Source: Octopus sinensis (Eukaryota). Taken from it: a DNA stretch of 64,000 bases. The DNA is taken from NCBI RefSeq assembly GCF_006345805.1, contig NC_043017.1, forward strand, positions 21,514,001 through 21,578,000, given 5' to 3'. The position numbers and the translations under genes are program-made. How positions within the stretch are numbered: position 1 is the stretch's first letter; every line of letters begins with the position of its first letter. Shown piece by piece: positions 1-13,369 of the stretch. The notes under the pieces are model-generated. The model did not search any database. It saw only the letters and a list, made by a program, of their open reading frames with translations, and had not been told where the DNA came from.

Positions 1-295
1 ATACAAACTTTCTATTTTGAAGAGATCCAAATTAGAACCTCTCATCAAAATTCCGTTTTAATTTATGTTCCAAGCACCATCTTAATAATTAAATAATTAC
101 AGTCATTGTTTTTAGAATTAATTGAAACAAAGGCAGCATTCTAAATTAAAACCTTGCATCAAAATTCCATGCTAATTTACGTTCCAAATATCATCATAAT
201 AATTACAGGTATTTCATTAAATTCTTTGTTAATTTCATAATTAAATGAAATAAAGGTAGTGTATTTCAGCAGAAGTATTATCACGAAGGGGTTAA
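1..295 (-). mobile_element. Partial piggyBac-like (TTAA) MITE, truncated by the window edge
   Basis: Ends ...cacgaaggggTTAA. The reverse complement resembles the MITEs at 21790-22276. Internal diverged duplication at 29-90 vs 143-204. Confidence 0.55.
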
Positions 296-421
296 TCATA
301 CAGTCATTCTTGCAGCTAAAAGCTAATCTCAAAACCGTGCAGATTTCTTCAACTTAGGCTGTTCTATCTATGGTGATGCTTACGATGAATCTTCTTCCTT
401 CTTCTGTATGCTTGGTTTAAA

Positions 422-1092
422 TATAATAATAATAATAATAATAATTGTGTACAGTGCTCAGGTGCACTACAACTCATCTAAAGTGTATATATAATCAGGT
501 GTAGTTTCGGCGGATTTCGGAAAGCATGAGGGCCTTAAAGGATGTAGTGTCATGGCAGTCAACAACTGACGCAAGCAGTTTATTCCATGCTTCAGCAACT
601 CTGAGCGTGAAAAAAGGTTTCCGAAAGTCATGGGAGCTGTGTTATTTTCTGACTTTGTAGGCATGTCCACGTGTGTTAGACACATGGAGATCAAAAGGTG
701 TCAGTGTGTTGTTGGTGAGGTGGTTGATAACTTTGTGGGTGTTACCAAGTCCGTCGCCAGATGCCGGAGCTTCAGTGAATCCATGCCCAGGGAAACAAGG
801 CGCTCAGAATATGGTAGGTGCCTGATGGAGGGTATGCGTTTGGTTGCACGTCTCTGGACATATTCCAGGAGGTCAATAATCTGAGCAAGATAGGGGTTCC
901 AAACTGATGATGCGAATTCCAAGTTTGGTCGTACCATAGCTGTATGCAGTTTTAAATAGATGGCTGGAGAGCGGCTAACAAAAGTCTTGCTGGGTGATGC
1001 CAAGACACCCTCGGCCTTCTTGACAATTTTAGAGATATGCTTTGTCCAAAGCAAATCACTACTGACAGTGATGCCTAGGTCACGCTCTCAAC
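422..1092 (-). mobile_element. 5'-truncated CR1/L2-group LINE relic (end of ORF2, 3'UTR, (ATT)n tail)
   Basis: ORF 701-1054 reads RPNLEFASSVWNPY..LEYVQRRATKRIP..LPYSERL. It continues RVAEAWNKL..SFK after a frameshift, then a (TAA)n run at 422-444. Confidence 0.85.
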
Positions 1093-1523
1093 ACAAAGCA
1101 GCTTCTGACAATGGTAAACCAAACCATGGAAAGGGCAATGTGACATGTTTAGACAGCCTTACTGTACCCCTCATGTTAAAGTATATACCTGGTGGTTCTC
1201 CAGCTTGTGAGATCTGATTGAACTGTCCGACTCGTACAAGCATGGATGATATAAATTAAATGATGATGATGATCATGATCACGATAATGATGATGATTAC
1301 ATATGCAAAAGCAAGCAGCATGGTTCTGTGGTAAGATGTTTACTCCCCAGTCATATGGTTCTGGTTTCAGTCCCACTGCATGGCACCATGGACAAAAACC
1401 ATCAACTGTAGCCCTAGGCTAATCAAAGCCTCATGAGTGGTTGGTAGGCAGAAAGTGAAAGAAGCTCATTGCATGTGTGTGTGTGCACAAGTATTTGCAT
1501 GCATATGTGAATATGTGTGCATA

Positions 1524-1932
1524 GGTGCAGGAGTGGCTGTGTGGTAAGTAGCTTGCTTACCAGCCACATGGTTCCGGGTTCAGTCCCACTGTGTGGCATC
1601 TTGGGCAAGTGTCTTCTGCTATAGCCCGGGCCGATCAATGCTTTGTGAGTAGATTTGGTAGATGGAAACTGAAAGAAGCCTGTTGTATATATGTATATAT
1701 ATATGTATGTTTGTGTATATGTTTGTGTGTTTGTGCATGTCCCTCTAGCATTGCTTGACAACCGATGCTGGTGTGTTTACGTCCCCGTCACTTAGCGGTT
1801 CGCCAAAAAGAGAACGATAGAATAAGTACCGGGCTTACAAAGAATAAGTCCCAGGATCAAATTGTTCGACTAAAGGTGGTGCTCCAGCATGGCCGTAGTC
1901 AAATGAGTGAAACAAGTAAAAGAGTAAAAGAG
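1524..1932 (+). mobile_element. tRNA-derived octopus SINE, family A, full length
   Basis: A-box TGGCTGTGTGG, B-box GGTTCAGTCC, CORE-like cttgggcaagtg, internal (TA/TG)n and (gtaaaaga)n tail. About 30 full or partial copies in the window, e.g. 1310-1475, 4720-4872, 10080-10225, 15120-15270, 21558-21705, 41898-42070, 53118-53225, 55458-55830, 56392-56520, 60150-60345. Confidence 0.9.
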
Positions 1933-2613
1933 TATATGTATGCATGTGCATATGGATAAATATATGTGCATATATGTGCATATGTATGTGTGGCCATGTC
2001 CAAGTGCATATATGCATATGTGCAGTTATATATATGCAGATGCATGTGGATGAGTATATAAACATGTGTGCATAGATGCGTGAGTATATGCATGCATGTA
2101 AATGTGGGTGACTATATATACACATATGTGTGCATCCGTATGCATGCATTTGTGCATATTGGAGCATGTGATGGAGAAATTCGTTTATTGCACTCTGGTA
2201 AGATGAATGTTTTAATAAACAGCTGAAGAGTGCATTGTTGCATATTATGCATCTTATTTGTTTATTTTAGCAAATGTGCAACATCTGCAGTGAATAATAT
2301 GGACACCATGCATATATCAGTGTAATTTTGAATGGATCTACATGTTTATCTAATAACTATGTTACGTTTGTCCTTGCATCCTATATGTGTGTGTGTGTGT
2401 TCTTGTGTGTGTGTGTGTGTATGCACGTGTGTAAGTATATATATATATATATATACATATACCAATATACATATGTGTCTGTGTATTGCACACATGAGTT
2501 TCTGTTTAACTGAATACAAAATATCTGTAGGATATATATATATATATGCACATATATATATATATATATATATATGTGTGTATATGTGTGTGCATGTGCA
2601 CACACACAAAATT

Positions 2614-2666
<53 letters not shown>

Positions 2667-3167
2667 TACAGAAGTATATGTAGATATTTGTATTTATACA
2701 TATATATGCACACACACACACACATATATACATCTTTATAATGCACACGTGCACACTTATGTATACCAATACTTTATATATATATATATATAAATATATG
2801 TATTTATGCATATACACACTCACACACATATATAAACTGCACACACACACACACACATAGATATATATATTACACACACTTCATGTTGATTTCCTTTTTA
2901 ATTCTAGCCTGTCAAAACAAAAGCCTCTCTCTCTATTCTAATTATAAGTCATTCAACCCCATTTTCATAGCAAAGCTATGATTTGTGCCAATGGGTTGTT
3001 CTATCTCATTTGGGACATTCTCTTTTAGAACACGACAGTTGTATTCTGCTGGTATAATAACCAAGAGTCCAAGGGAAACTAACCTCCTCTATAAGATATG
3101 ATCAATCTTATTCTAAGTAGTAGAGTCACTTGATACAGCATTATCATGTAATATATCGTAGAATGTA

Positions 3168-3490
3168 GGGTGGTGAGCATTGTTAGCATGCCAGGCAAAA
3201 TGCTTAGAGGTATTTCATCTGCCGTTATGTTCTGAGTTCAAATTCCGCGGAGGTCGACTTTGCCTTTCATTCTTTCGGGGTCGATAAATTAAGCAACATT
3301 TACGCACTGGGGTCGATGTAATCGACTTAATCCATTTGTCTGTCCTTGTTTGTCCCCTCTGTGTTTAGCCCCTTGTAGATAGTAAAGAAATAGGTATTTC
3401 ATCTGCCATTATGTTCTGAGTTCAAATTCTGTTGAGGTCGACTTTTCTTTAATTCTTTCAGGGGTTGATGTAATTGACTTAATCCCTTTG
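3168..3490 (+). mobile_element. SINE family B with partial tandem duplication
   Basis: ggtgagc..gttagcatgcc..gagttcaaattccg..gaggtcgactttgcctttcat..ggggtcgataaattaag. The central part resembles the MetaSINE domain (inference). Restarts at about 3392. Confidence 0.8.
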
Positions 3491-3940
3491 TCTGTACTTC
3501 TTTTTCACCTCAAAATACAATGATGGATGAATAGACGTGAAGTGATACAGAGGAATGGTCTGGGTGAGTGGGCAGTGGGCAGTGGGCAGTGGAGGGGGGG
3601 CAAAGGGAAAGTTTCATAAGGAGGTGAGTAAAGATGGTTAGTTGGGATAGAGGTGGCTGTAGTATTTGAAGATGGGAGTTATAAGGGTCGCCCAGTGGGG
3701 AGAAGGGTTATGTTAGGTATATGAAGGCATTGCAAGAGATAGAGGATGAAAGAGGTGTTAAGAATGGAGTATAACAGAGTGGACAGACCATGGTTGAAGG
3801 AAAATAATGAGGAATGGAAGTGGTGCTAAGGATGGAGAATAGCAGAGGAGAGAGGGCATGGCTGGAGGAAGATAATGAGGAATGGATGTGGTCCTAAGGA
3901 TGGAGAATATATTATTATTATATTATTATTATTATTATTA

Positions 3941-4547
3941 TTATTACCTCCACCTTAGCAAAGGCAGAGGTATTGTTTTCAATTGTGCTTGTTTCTTTGT
4001 TTGTCTGCGGACAAGATCTCTCAAGAACCACAGGATGGATTTGAATGAAACATTTAGGGATGTATGGCCTCATGACTGGCACAAAATGATTAGATTTTGG
4101 GATCGGTCCAGTACCGGACAAGGATTCTGGATTATTTTTTGTTATAGTTACTTTACTTTACATTATTACGATCTTATGCTAACTTTCAAGTCTTTCTCAA
4201 TTATCTCCCTTTAGGCTATAACTATTTTGAATGGTGAATATGTTAACTTTGGCTTGTATTAGATAAAGAATAAACTATTTATTGCAGCTACTAAATTTTC
4301 TACACTCACCTTCACATTCCCTAACTACCATTGGGACCGATCAGGTACTGGATAAGGATTCTGAATTATTTTTCCTGTTTTTTTTTTCACTTAATTTTTG
4401 AGAGTGGTCAGGTTTACTTTTAGTATTCTTGTTTGTGACAGCAGTCGAGTTTATTTCAGATATTCTCATTTTGAAATCTCCAGCTAATCGCCGAGAGGAT
4501 GTTGGGGTTGCCTTGGTAGAGGTTTGCACTCTTTGAGTGCTCTTGTT
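3941..4547 (+). mobile_element. Non-autonomous Helentron (HINE/DINE-1-like)
   Basis: 5' acctccacc..ggcagaggt hairpin/subTIR followed by gtttgtctg microsatellite. Internal repeat at 4101-4140 and 4336-4375. 3' subTIR ccttggtagaggt plus stem-loop gcactc-ttt-gagtgc, T-rich ends. Confidence 0.75.
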
Positions 4548-5594
4548 ATTTTTATTATAATTATTATTAAACTGGTGAGCTGGCAGAATCGTTAGCATTT
4601 AGTCCATATATGAGTTCAAATTCCATCAAGGTCTATCATGCTTTCCATTCTTTCAGAATTCCCTCTCTCTCTCTCTCTCTTTCGGAGAGGCACTGAGCAG
4701 CTATACGCACATATACACACATGGCAGTAACTTCCACCTACCAAATTCAATCACAAAGCTCCGGTCGGCTCGGGGCTATAGTGGAAGACACCTACCCAAA
4801 GTGCCACGCAGTGGGACTGAACCCGAAACCATGTAGCTAGGAAGCAAGCTCCCTAACCACACAGCCATGCCCGGTAAACCAAATACCAGTTGAACACTGG
4901 GGTTGATGTAATCATCTTAACCCCTCCTCCAAAATTGTTGTCCTTGTGCCAAAATTTGAAACCACTATATATATGTGTGTATATGTATGTGCAAAGGAAA
5001 TGGAAATCTAAGAATTTGAAGACACATCGAATCCACCTTGGTTTTTTTCCCTTACATTTCCACACATATTTACAGGTCAGATGTTATTTTTAGAATATCT
5101 GTACATTTTGTTCCTTGTCAGAACAATTGTTACTTTAAGTTTTTACTCTTCTGACTGCAGCCCACTCAATCATTGAATGACAAACAGACAGACAAATAGA
5201 CAAGAGAAAGGATACAAGCCAGGTAACTTGTCTTGTCAAGGGTAATAGATTACAAGGGCTTAACTAAGTTTGGAATGGATCCTCTCCTGTGATTTGAATG
5301 TCTGATACTGTGATGTCACAGCATCTGTGATTTGATATCAGAAGGGAGATACAGAATGCCATCAATAATTGGAATATACGTAAGTATGAATGTATGTTAC
5401 GTGTGTGTATATGTGCATGTGTTTATATGTACATGTGCTTTCTGTATATATGCATATGTGTATGTATATATTATACATACATATGTGTAAATATATAAAT
5501 ATATATATATACACACATACACACATGTATAGTTGGATGTCTGTATATGTGTGTGTATATATACATATATGTATATATATATTATATATGTATT

Positions 5595-5628
<34 letters not shown>

Positions 5629-5671
5629 TGCACACACAAACAACAGACATACAAGTATTCAAATATGTGTA

Positions 5672-5711
<40 letters not shown>

Positions 5712-5890
5712 ACATATATATAATATATACATACATGTACATATACACACTATATATATATATATATATACACACACATGCTCACTTTGTGTATATATAG
5801 TTTTGGAGATTCTAAAAGACAAACTAACAAAAGACATTATATATACACATCAGTTATTGATTATTTAAAAACTGTATACACACACACACT

Positions 5891-5937
<47 letters not shown>

Positions 5938-6174
5938 CCATCTCTATTTTCACACACTTACCATTTTCCATTCTTTACCATTTTTGCCTTTCTTTTTTTT
6001 TTTTTTGCATAGAAATCTTTCAGTTCTTTAACAAAACTTAGCTTAGCTTTATTCTTCATTTGAATATAATGTCCAAGAGAAGAAAGACATGGAGAAAGAG
6101 ATAGATAGAAAGAGAGTGTGTGAGAGGGAGAGAAAGAATAGATACATAGAGAGGAGAGAGATTATTGAGAAAGT

Positions 6175-6205
<31 letters not shown>

Positions 6206-6569
6206 GAGGAAGGAGAGAGAGAAAAAGGAGACGGAATTTTCTTTGACTTAATGATTGCATGTCAGATGCATTTCCTTATTCTTTGCAAAAGGCTGCAATT
6301 TATGCATCGAATTTGCATATACGTCATTTTTATATGCACCGAGAAGAAAAGGGAAAAAGTTTATGACATATGCAAATAAATTTAGCGACCATCGGATGGT
6401 ATTCGGTTTTCTTTTTGTTTTTTTCTTTCCTTGTGGGACTTTAGGGAGAAGAAAGGGAAAGAAGTGTTAGTTTTGGAAAGGGTGTGAAAAAAATAACAAA
6501 AAGAAAAATGAAGCAAAACAATGAATCAAAACTTGTTCAAGTGTGGAAGACAATTGTTAGAGGTTATTG

Positions 6570-7045
6570 TTCATAGTGGTGGTAGTAGTGGTGGTGGAAG
6601 TGATGGTGGTAGTGGTGGTGGTGGAAGTGGTGATGGTGGTGGTAGTGGTGGTAGTGGTGGTGGTGAAAGTTGTGGTGGTAATGGTGGTGGGGTATAGTTG
6701 TGGTTGTGGTGGTAGTGGTGGTGGGGTATAGTTGTTGTGGTGGTGGTGGTTGTGGTGGTAATGGTGGTGGGGGATAGTTGCGGTGGTGGTAGTAGTTGTT
6801 GTGGTAGTGGTTGTGGTGCTGGTAGTTGTGGTGGTGGTTGAGGTTGTGGTGGTCATTATCGCAGTGGTTGTCAATGTGGGTGTCGATGGCATGGTTGTGG
6901 TAGTTATGGTGGTGATGGTGGTGGTGGTGGTGGTGACTGTGGTTGTCATCGTGGTGATAGTCATGGTAGTGTCGGCTGTGGTAGTAGTTGTGATAATACT
7001 GGTTGGACGGAGGTGATATTGGTGGTGACGGTGGTGGTGGTGGGT
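6570..7045. repeat. Degenerate (GGT/GTT/GAT)n trinucleotide tract
   Basis: Directly visible; gives the poly-V and poly-T ORFs. Confidence 0.95.
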
Positions 7046-7134
7046 AGGCAGGGTGGTGGCATTGCTGGTTATAGTGGTTCCAGTGCTGCTCCAGATCTCC
7101 CTGAGAACTCTGTTCAGTGTGTATGTGCTCAAAT

Positions 7135-7362
7135 TTGTTTTACTAATCCATGTAGTTCCCAGGGAGATTTGGAGATTCAGTGTGATGCAGAATGTGACAA
7201 TGCTGGGCCCCCTTTGAATTACAGGTATAGCTCATTATTGTGAGCTGAGTGGACTGGAGCAATATGAAATAAAGTGTCTTGCTCAACATACCACCAGGAA
7301 TTGAACTAATGACCTTTTGACCATGAGCCCAATATCCCTAACCACTAAACCATGAACCTTCA
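7135..7362 (-). mobile_element. tRNA-derived SINE, family E (degenerate)
   Basis: Minus strand tggtttagtggttagg..agttcaattcctgg..ttgagcaagacacttt..ttgctccagtccactcagc. Related pieces at 16703-16960, 34820-34963 and 35575-35690. Confidence 0.7.
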
Positions 7363-7491
7363 TACTTATAGAAGCATTGCCTTTCTCCCCAGACTGAAAG
7401 ATTAAGAATAAAATCTGTTGAGTCTCTCAATTTCTTTTAATGTGTTGCCGTTATACAATATAAGGGGGATTTAGCTGCTATTTCTAGGCCT

Positions 7492-7710
7492 GTCATCATC
7501 ATCATTTAATGTCCGTTGTCCACACTGGCATGGGTTGGATGGTTTGACCAGGGCTGGTAAGCTGAAAGGCTGCACCAGATTCCAGTCTGATTTTGTATGG
7601 TTTCTATGGCTGGAATCCCTTCCTAAAGCCAACCACTCTGAAAGTATAATGGGTGCTTTTGCATGCCACTGGCACAGGTGCCTGTTGCATGACACCAGTA
7701 TGTGCCACGA
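7492..7710 (-). mobile_element. SINE/LINE 3' fragment, family C ((GAT)n tail)
   Basis: Minus strand aaagcaccca..gagtggttggc..aggaaggg..ccaacccatgccag..gacattaaatgatgatg. Other copies at 29635-29850, 34660-34770, 37140-37415, 44815-45040, 51465-51850. Confidence 0.8.
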
Positions 7711-7914
7711 CGATGATAATGAGAACAAATGTAAGGATGTAGCAGGTGCAAGCACACCTCTTAAAAAGTGTATAGGGTGCAAAATCCAAATTTGTACCCC
7801 TATTTACTTTTCTCGGGTTTAGAAAACTGACTGATCTGTGTAAAAACTGATCTGTAAGAAATAGCTACGAATTAGGTTTCTTTTCAAAGAACAAAGAACA
7901 AAAATAAATAAATA

Positions 7915-8320
7915 GGCGCAGGAGTGGCTGTGTGGTAAGTAGCTTGCTTACCAACCACATGGTTCCAAGTTCAGTCCCACTGTGTGGCACTTTGAGCAAG
8001 TGTCTTCTACTATAGCCTCGGTCTGACTAAATCCTTGTGAGTGGATTTGGTAGACGGAAATTGAGAGAAGCCTGTCATTATATGTATATGTATATATATG
8101 TGTGTGTGTTTGTCCCCACCAACATTGCTAGACAACCGATGCTGGTGTATTTACGTCCCGTTAACTTAGCAGTTCAGCAAAAAGAGACCAATAGAATAAG
8201 TACTAGGCTTACAAAGAATAAGTGCTGGGGTCAATTTGCTCAACTAAAGGTGGTGCTCCAGCATGACGGCAGTCAAATGACTGAAACAAGTAAAAGTGTA
8301 ATGAGTAAAAGATTAAAACT
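7915..8320 (+). mobile_element. SINE family A, full length
   Basis: Colinear with 1524-1932. Confidence 0.9.
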
Positions 8321-8904
8321 TTGATTGTAAAAAAATTTGGAGCTGGGTTTGCACTTCCTAAGCAAATTTCATCCCCAAATCCGTGATGCTACCATTATTC
8401 TATACATACATATTACTTTGAAATGATAGAAATATTTTATTGCCGATATAATTGCCATTCTAGAAGAAAAACAATAGAACTTTACCAATGCCACATGAAT
8501 AAAGTACTTTTATTCTGGTTTATCTCTCAATGACAAGGATTCTCAAGAGATGGAACTGTCAGTAAAATAAATTGATAACGCCAATGATCGAGGCTTCAAA
8601 CCTGTAGCACTATATTTCTTGAGTCTGCTATTTGATATGCAATTCCCTAAATAAACCGTACCTTTATTTTTTTAGTGCTTTAGTTTCATGTTTAGAATCA
8701 CGAAATCAAAACCAAGACCAAACAATTCTATTTTTAAATGTTATAAACTTTTTTCTTCTTTTTCTTTTGGCAACATGTGGTGTACCCTGGTGGCTCATTA
8801 TTATAAGGGAGATAATCATTTCTTGATAAATGTTGGTGGAATTACAAGTTTGAATTTAAAGTGAAGAGCAGGGAAGAAAATACACAGAATATTTTTCAGT
8901 ATTT

Positions 8905-9097
8905 ACCTTTCAACTTTTCTTTGTCTCAGTCATTAGGCTGTGACCATGCTGGGGCACTGCCCTGAAGAATTTTTCCGTCAAATAACTAGGCCCCTGCCCC
9001 TGCCAACAAGTTTGTTTTTAATTTTTGAAGCCTGGAACCTATTCAATCAGTCTCTTTTGCTGAACTGCTAGCTTACAAGGATATAAACATACATGCA

Positions 9098-9148
<51 letters not shown>

Positions 9149-9333
9149 GCATGCACGCACACACACACATGATGGGCTTCATTCAGTTTCCATCTACCAA
9201 ATCCACTCACAAGGCTTTGGTCAGCCTGAGGCTACAGTAGAAGACATTTGCAACAAGGTGCCATGAAATGGGATTGAACCTGGAACCATGTAGTTGGGAA
9301 ATAAACTTCTTGCCACACAGCCATGCCTGTACC
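8905..9333 (-). mobile_element. SINE family A, older copy
   Basis: Reverse complement matches the head, (CA)n centre and tail of family A. Confidence 0.85.
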
Positions 9334-9735
9334 TATTCTTCTTACTCATTATGCACACACACAAACATGCATGCACACACATACACACTCAAACACACAC
9401 ACACAAACACTCACACACACATACATACACATACACACACAAACTCACACACACAAGCACTCACATATACATACATATTCTCTCTCTCTCTCACTCACAC
9501 ACACACACATACACTGAAATTATAAAACATGCAAAGAAAGGAATTGCCATTTCTTTTACCATTTCCAGTAGCAGAAAGAAACTGGACCTTTTACCTTTTC
9601 AAAGCATTTCTATAAGCTTGTCCTTAAATGTTATTGTTTGTCTTCAGATTTTTAGTCAGCCTTTGTTACATACATTTTGAGTAACATAAAACTTACTGTT
9701 CATAAGCCCCAAGTTACTCTATTAGTTGAAAAATA

Positions 9736-9900
9736 ACTGGGAATGTGTATCATATCTAATGCATAGACACCTGAGAAATATGCCGTTGATGATATACATA
9801 TTACAGAGGATATGAAAAATTGGGAATGAACATCATATATGATGCATGGATGCCAGAGAAATATGTTCTGTGTGTCACATGAGATACAAAGGACAGATAA
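9736..9900. repeat. Diverged ~83-bp tandem duplication
   Basis: tgggaatg..atcatat..atgcat..gagaaatatg occurs at 9738 and 9821. Confidence 0.6.
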
Positions 9901-11603
9901 AGAATTAAGAAAGTTGTTCAGGTATAGATTTGACTTTTATTCCCATAGGAACTGAATACTTTGTTGGTTATTTCACTATCTCAGCTTTTGGGTTAGCCAT
10001 ATAAGCCTGTAAGGAGTCAGGATGACTAACTCAGGGGCCTCCCCCTGGCAGCACACACTCTAGCTACAACATTGTTCTCCCTTTTACAGGCTTCCACACA
10101 GTCTCCAGACACTCACTTTTACTCAAATGGTTTGGAGGAAAAAGAAGTCATTAATCCAAACTACAACATCATAGGATTGAACCTGAAACCTCATAGATAT
10201 ATTTTGCCACACAGCCATGCTTGCTGCTGGAGGTGGTACAAGATATTCATTATTAGGAACCACAATGGGTTCAGAGGTGGGTGGATCTAAGCAACATCCA
10301 ATCAACATATCAGAAAACCCTTTCCTTGTTTATCTTATCTTTTGAACCTTCAAAATAAGAGTTCTTCAGTTCCACCTCCTGTGAAAATATCTTGTCCAAT
10401 CAAATATTTCAAATAAGGAATAGTTAGTGAGAAAATGTAAGGAAAAAAGGGGGAGGAAATGATAAAAGGTTACAAAAAAGAATACATTGTAAAGTTGTAA
10501 GTACACCTTTCTAAATATCATATGTGTCAAAACAGACCTTTCAAAAATATTTAATAAGGGAATAAACCTCAACAACAACTCCCTTACAAATTGGACTGGG
10601 CTGTTTTGCTATTCATGAGAAATGTTTTTTAAGGTTTCTTCATGTATGTGTGAGTGTATGAAATTATGTATAAATGATTATATGAATATGAGTGTGTTTA
10701 AATATATTTATGCACGTACTTAGGTATGTATGTTGGAGTGTATTTAGTAATGTATGCACAAGTATGTATATATCTGTATGTAACTGAATGTATCTAGAAA
10801 TATGTATGAGTGTGTATGTATAAATGTATTTGGAGATATATAAGTGCTTGTATGTAACTATGTATATAGTTGCATGTGTGTATATATGAGAAAGGGAATT
10901 AAAGAGTAGATGCATGAATATATATATATATTTCATATTTATATATTTTAACAAATATTTTTTACTCATTTTTTAATTTTCAATTTTTGTATTTTTCTAG
11001 CAGTCTTTTTAATTTCTCTCCTTCTCATTATATACACCAAAATATACAAACACAAACAAATGCATAATAAGCACACAGACATACAAAAATACTCGCATTC
11101 ACACATCTCTTCACAGATATATATAAGCAGTCCTATATGTACATATGTGTGTGTGTGTATATGTATATATATGTTTAGTTGTGTGCTTTTGTTGATGCAC
11201 ATATAAGCATAATTCAAACACATATATACATATAGATACAGATGTACAAGTGTTTAAATATTTTTATGAATTTATTATAGAAATATATTCAAATGCATGT
11301 ATGTGTGTGCATGATCTATGATTTTGCATACATATATTTATATAAATCTACTTCATTTTTCATTTAATTTTTCATCTAAACCACAAATTGGCAATCGGCA
11401 CTTCCTGAAATTGTTCCCAGAGCCCTAATCTTTTATACATCTTAAATGTTGTGATCCCCATACAATAATATCATAACATCAATCAATTTTGATATTTACA
11501 ACTTGTTATAGAAAACAGTTTCACCAGTTCGGTTTCATCTTTTTTTAAAATTTTCTTTTTTATTCTTAAAGAGAAACTTGAATATAAAAATACCATCACT
11601 AAT

Positions 11604-11621
11604 TCTACTACTACTACTACA

Positions 11622-11659
<38 letters not shown>

Positions 11660-11780
11660 AGCTGCTGCTGCTGCTGCTGCTACTACTACTACTACTACTA
11701 CTACTACTAATAATAATAATAATAATAATAACAATAATAATGATGATGATGATGATGTTAATGGTGATGATGATGATGAT
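11604..11780. repeat. Compound microsatellite (TAC)n-(TGC)n-(TAC)n-(TAA)n-(TGA)n
   Basis: Directly visible. Confidence 0.95.
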
Positions 11781-12313
11781 AAGGTTGAGCGGAAATGAGT
11801 GAGTTTGAAAAGGTGATGTTAGATAGAAAACAGGATTTCTGCAAGGCCCCGAAGGCAAAGGAAATGTAAATATCTTTCCCTAAATTGAAGATAGAAATAG
11901 GGAAACAAAATTCAAAATAGGGAATAGAAAATTAAAAAGGAAACTTGAAATATATATATATATAACTGTGTGTATATGTGCATGGATATATATATATATA
12001 TATATAAATGTTGCTTGTTTTCTTTTCACTTTATACATCTCTGTTTTTTTTTTATATTTTGTTTATTAATTTTTATAGTTTATTTTTATGGGTTTTTTAT
12101 CATCTTTTTCTTCTTTTTTTTTTACCTTGAAATGGTATGTTAGGAGTGCTGTTCATTTTTAGTTGAATCAAATGAGGAAAAGATATTTTAGTAAGATAAA
12201 AACATAAAGAAAAAGAAGCAGAAAAGATATGAAGATGACAAGAAAAGAAAAGAAAAGAAATGTGATAATAATTTGTCAAATAAATATAGAAATAAAATGA
12301 TGGTGATGATAGA

Positions 12314-12352
<39 letters not shown>

Positions 12353-12536
12353 TAATAATAATAATAATAATAATAATAAGAAGAAGAAGAAGAAGTAAAG
12401 AAAGAAGAGAGGAATTGAAGATGAAAGATATAAGATGATGATGATGATAAATTTCAGCAACAAAACAAATATGAGAAGAACAGCAAAAATAAAAAAAATC
12501 CCAGCAACATCAACATCAATAATAAATATACCAGAA

Positions 12537-12591
<55 letters not shown>

Positions 12592-13369
12592 TACATACAT
12601 ATGCATATATACATGGACAGACACACAAATACACACATGAATATGCATAGAGACGTACACAAACAGACATACATGCATACATACAGATAAACATGCATAT
12701 ATACACGCATACATAGCAACATACATGCGCATATACAAATACACACACATATATAAATATACATACATATATACATATATACATATATACATACACACTT
12801 ATATATAATGACACAAAATTGGCAATGACATTTCGAAAATTATTCCTATAAATTTCTAAACTATATATTTATTTACTTATTTACTATGGCAAATAAGGAG
12901 TAAGCCTTTTTTCTTCCCCTAATATTTCTAGGTTTTTAATGATCTTCTATGAAGGGCAGCGAAAAACCCTAGCAAAATATTTTACGATGGTAAATGAACA
13001 AGCAAGTATTTTTGGCTTATTTTTCTTCTCTTCTTTTTCTTTATATATTTTTTGTTTATATGTTTGCTTTATATATGCTTTTTGTTTTTGATAGAATATA
13101 TTTGTTTAGCTTTCATCAATTTTCTATTTTGGAATTTTAAAGAAATTTGTTTACCATAATAAACTTCCCATAGAATTTGCCTTTTTAAATGTCTTAATGA
13201 TTCAAGAATAGGGCACACCAAAATGTATCTAAGGCACACAAACACACACACATACACACACACATGTATATATATTTGTATATATTCCCTTGTAGTAATT
13301 ATCAATTATTTGCATCTCCTCATTAATTCTTAATTGAAAGTACACACCCATATAAAATATATATTGATA

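Noticed and set aside
6557-7132. Thr-rich mucin-like ORF
   Set aside because: Explained by the (ACC)n-type microsatellite.
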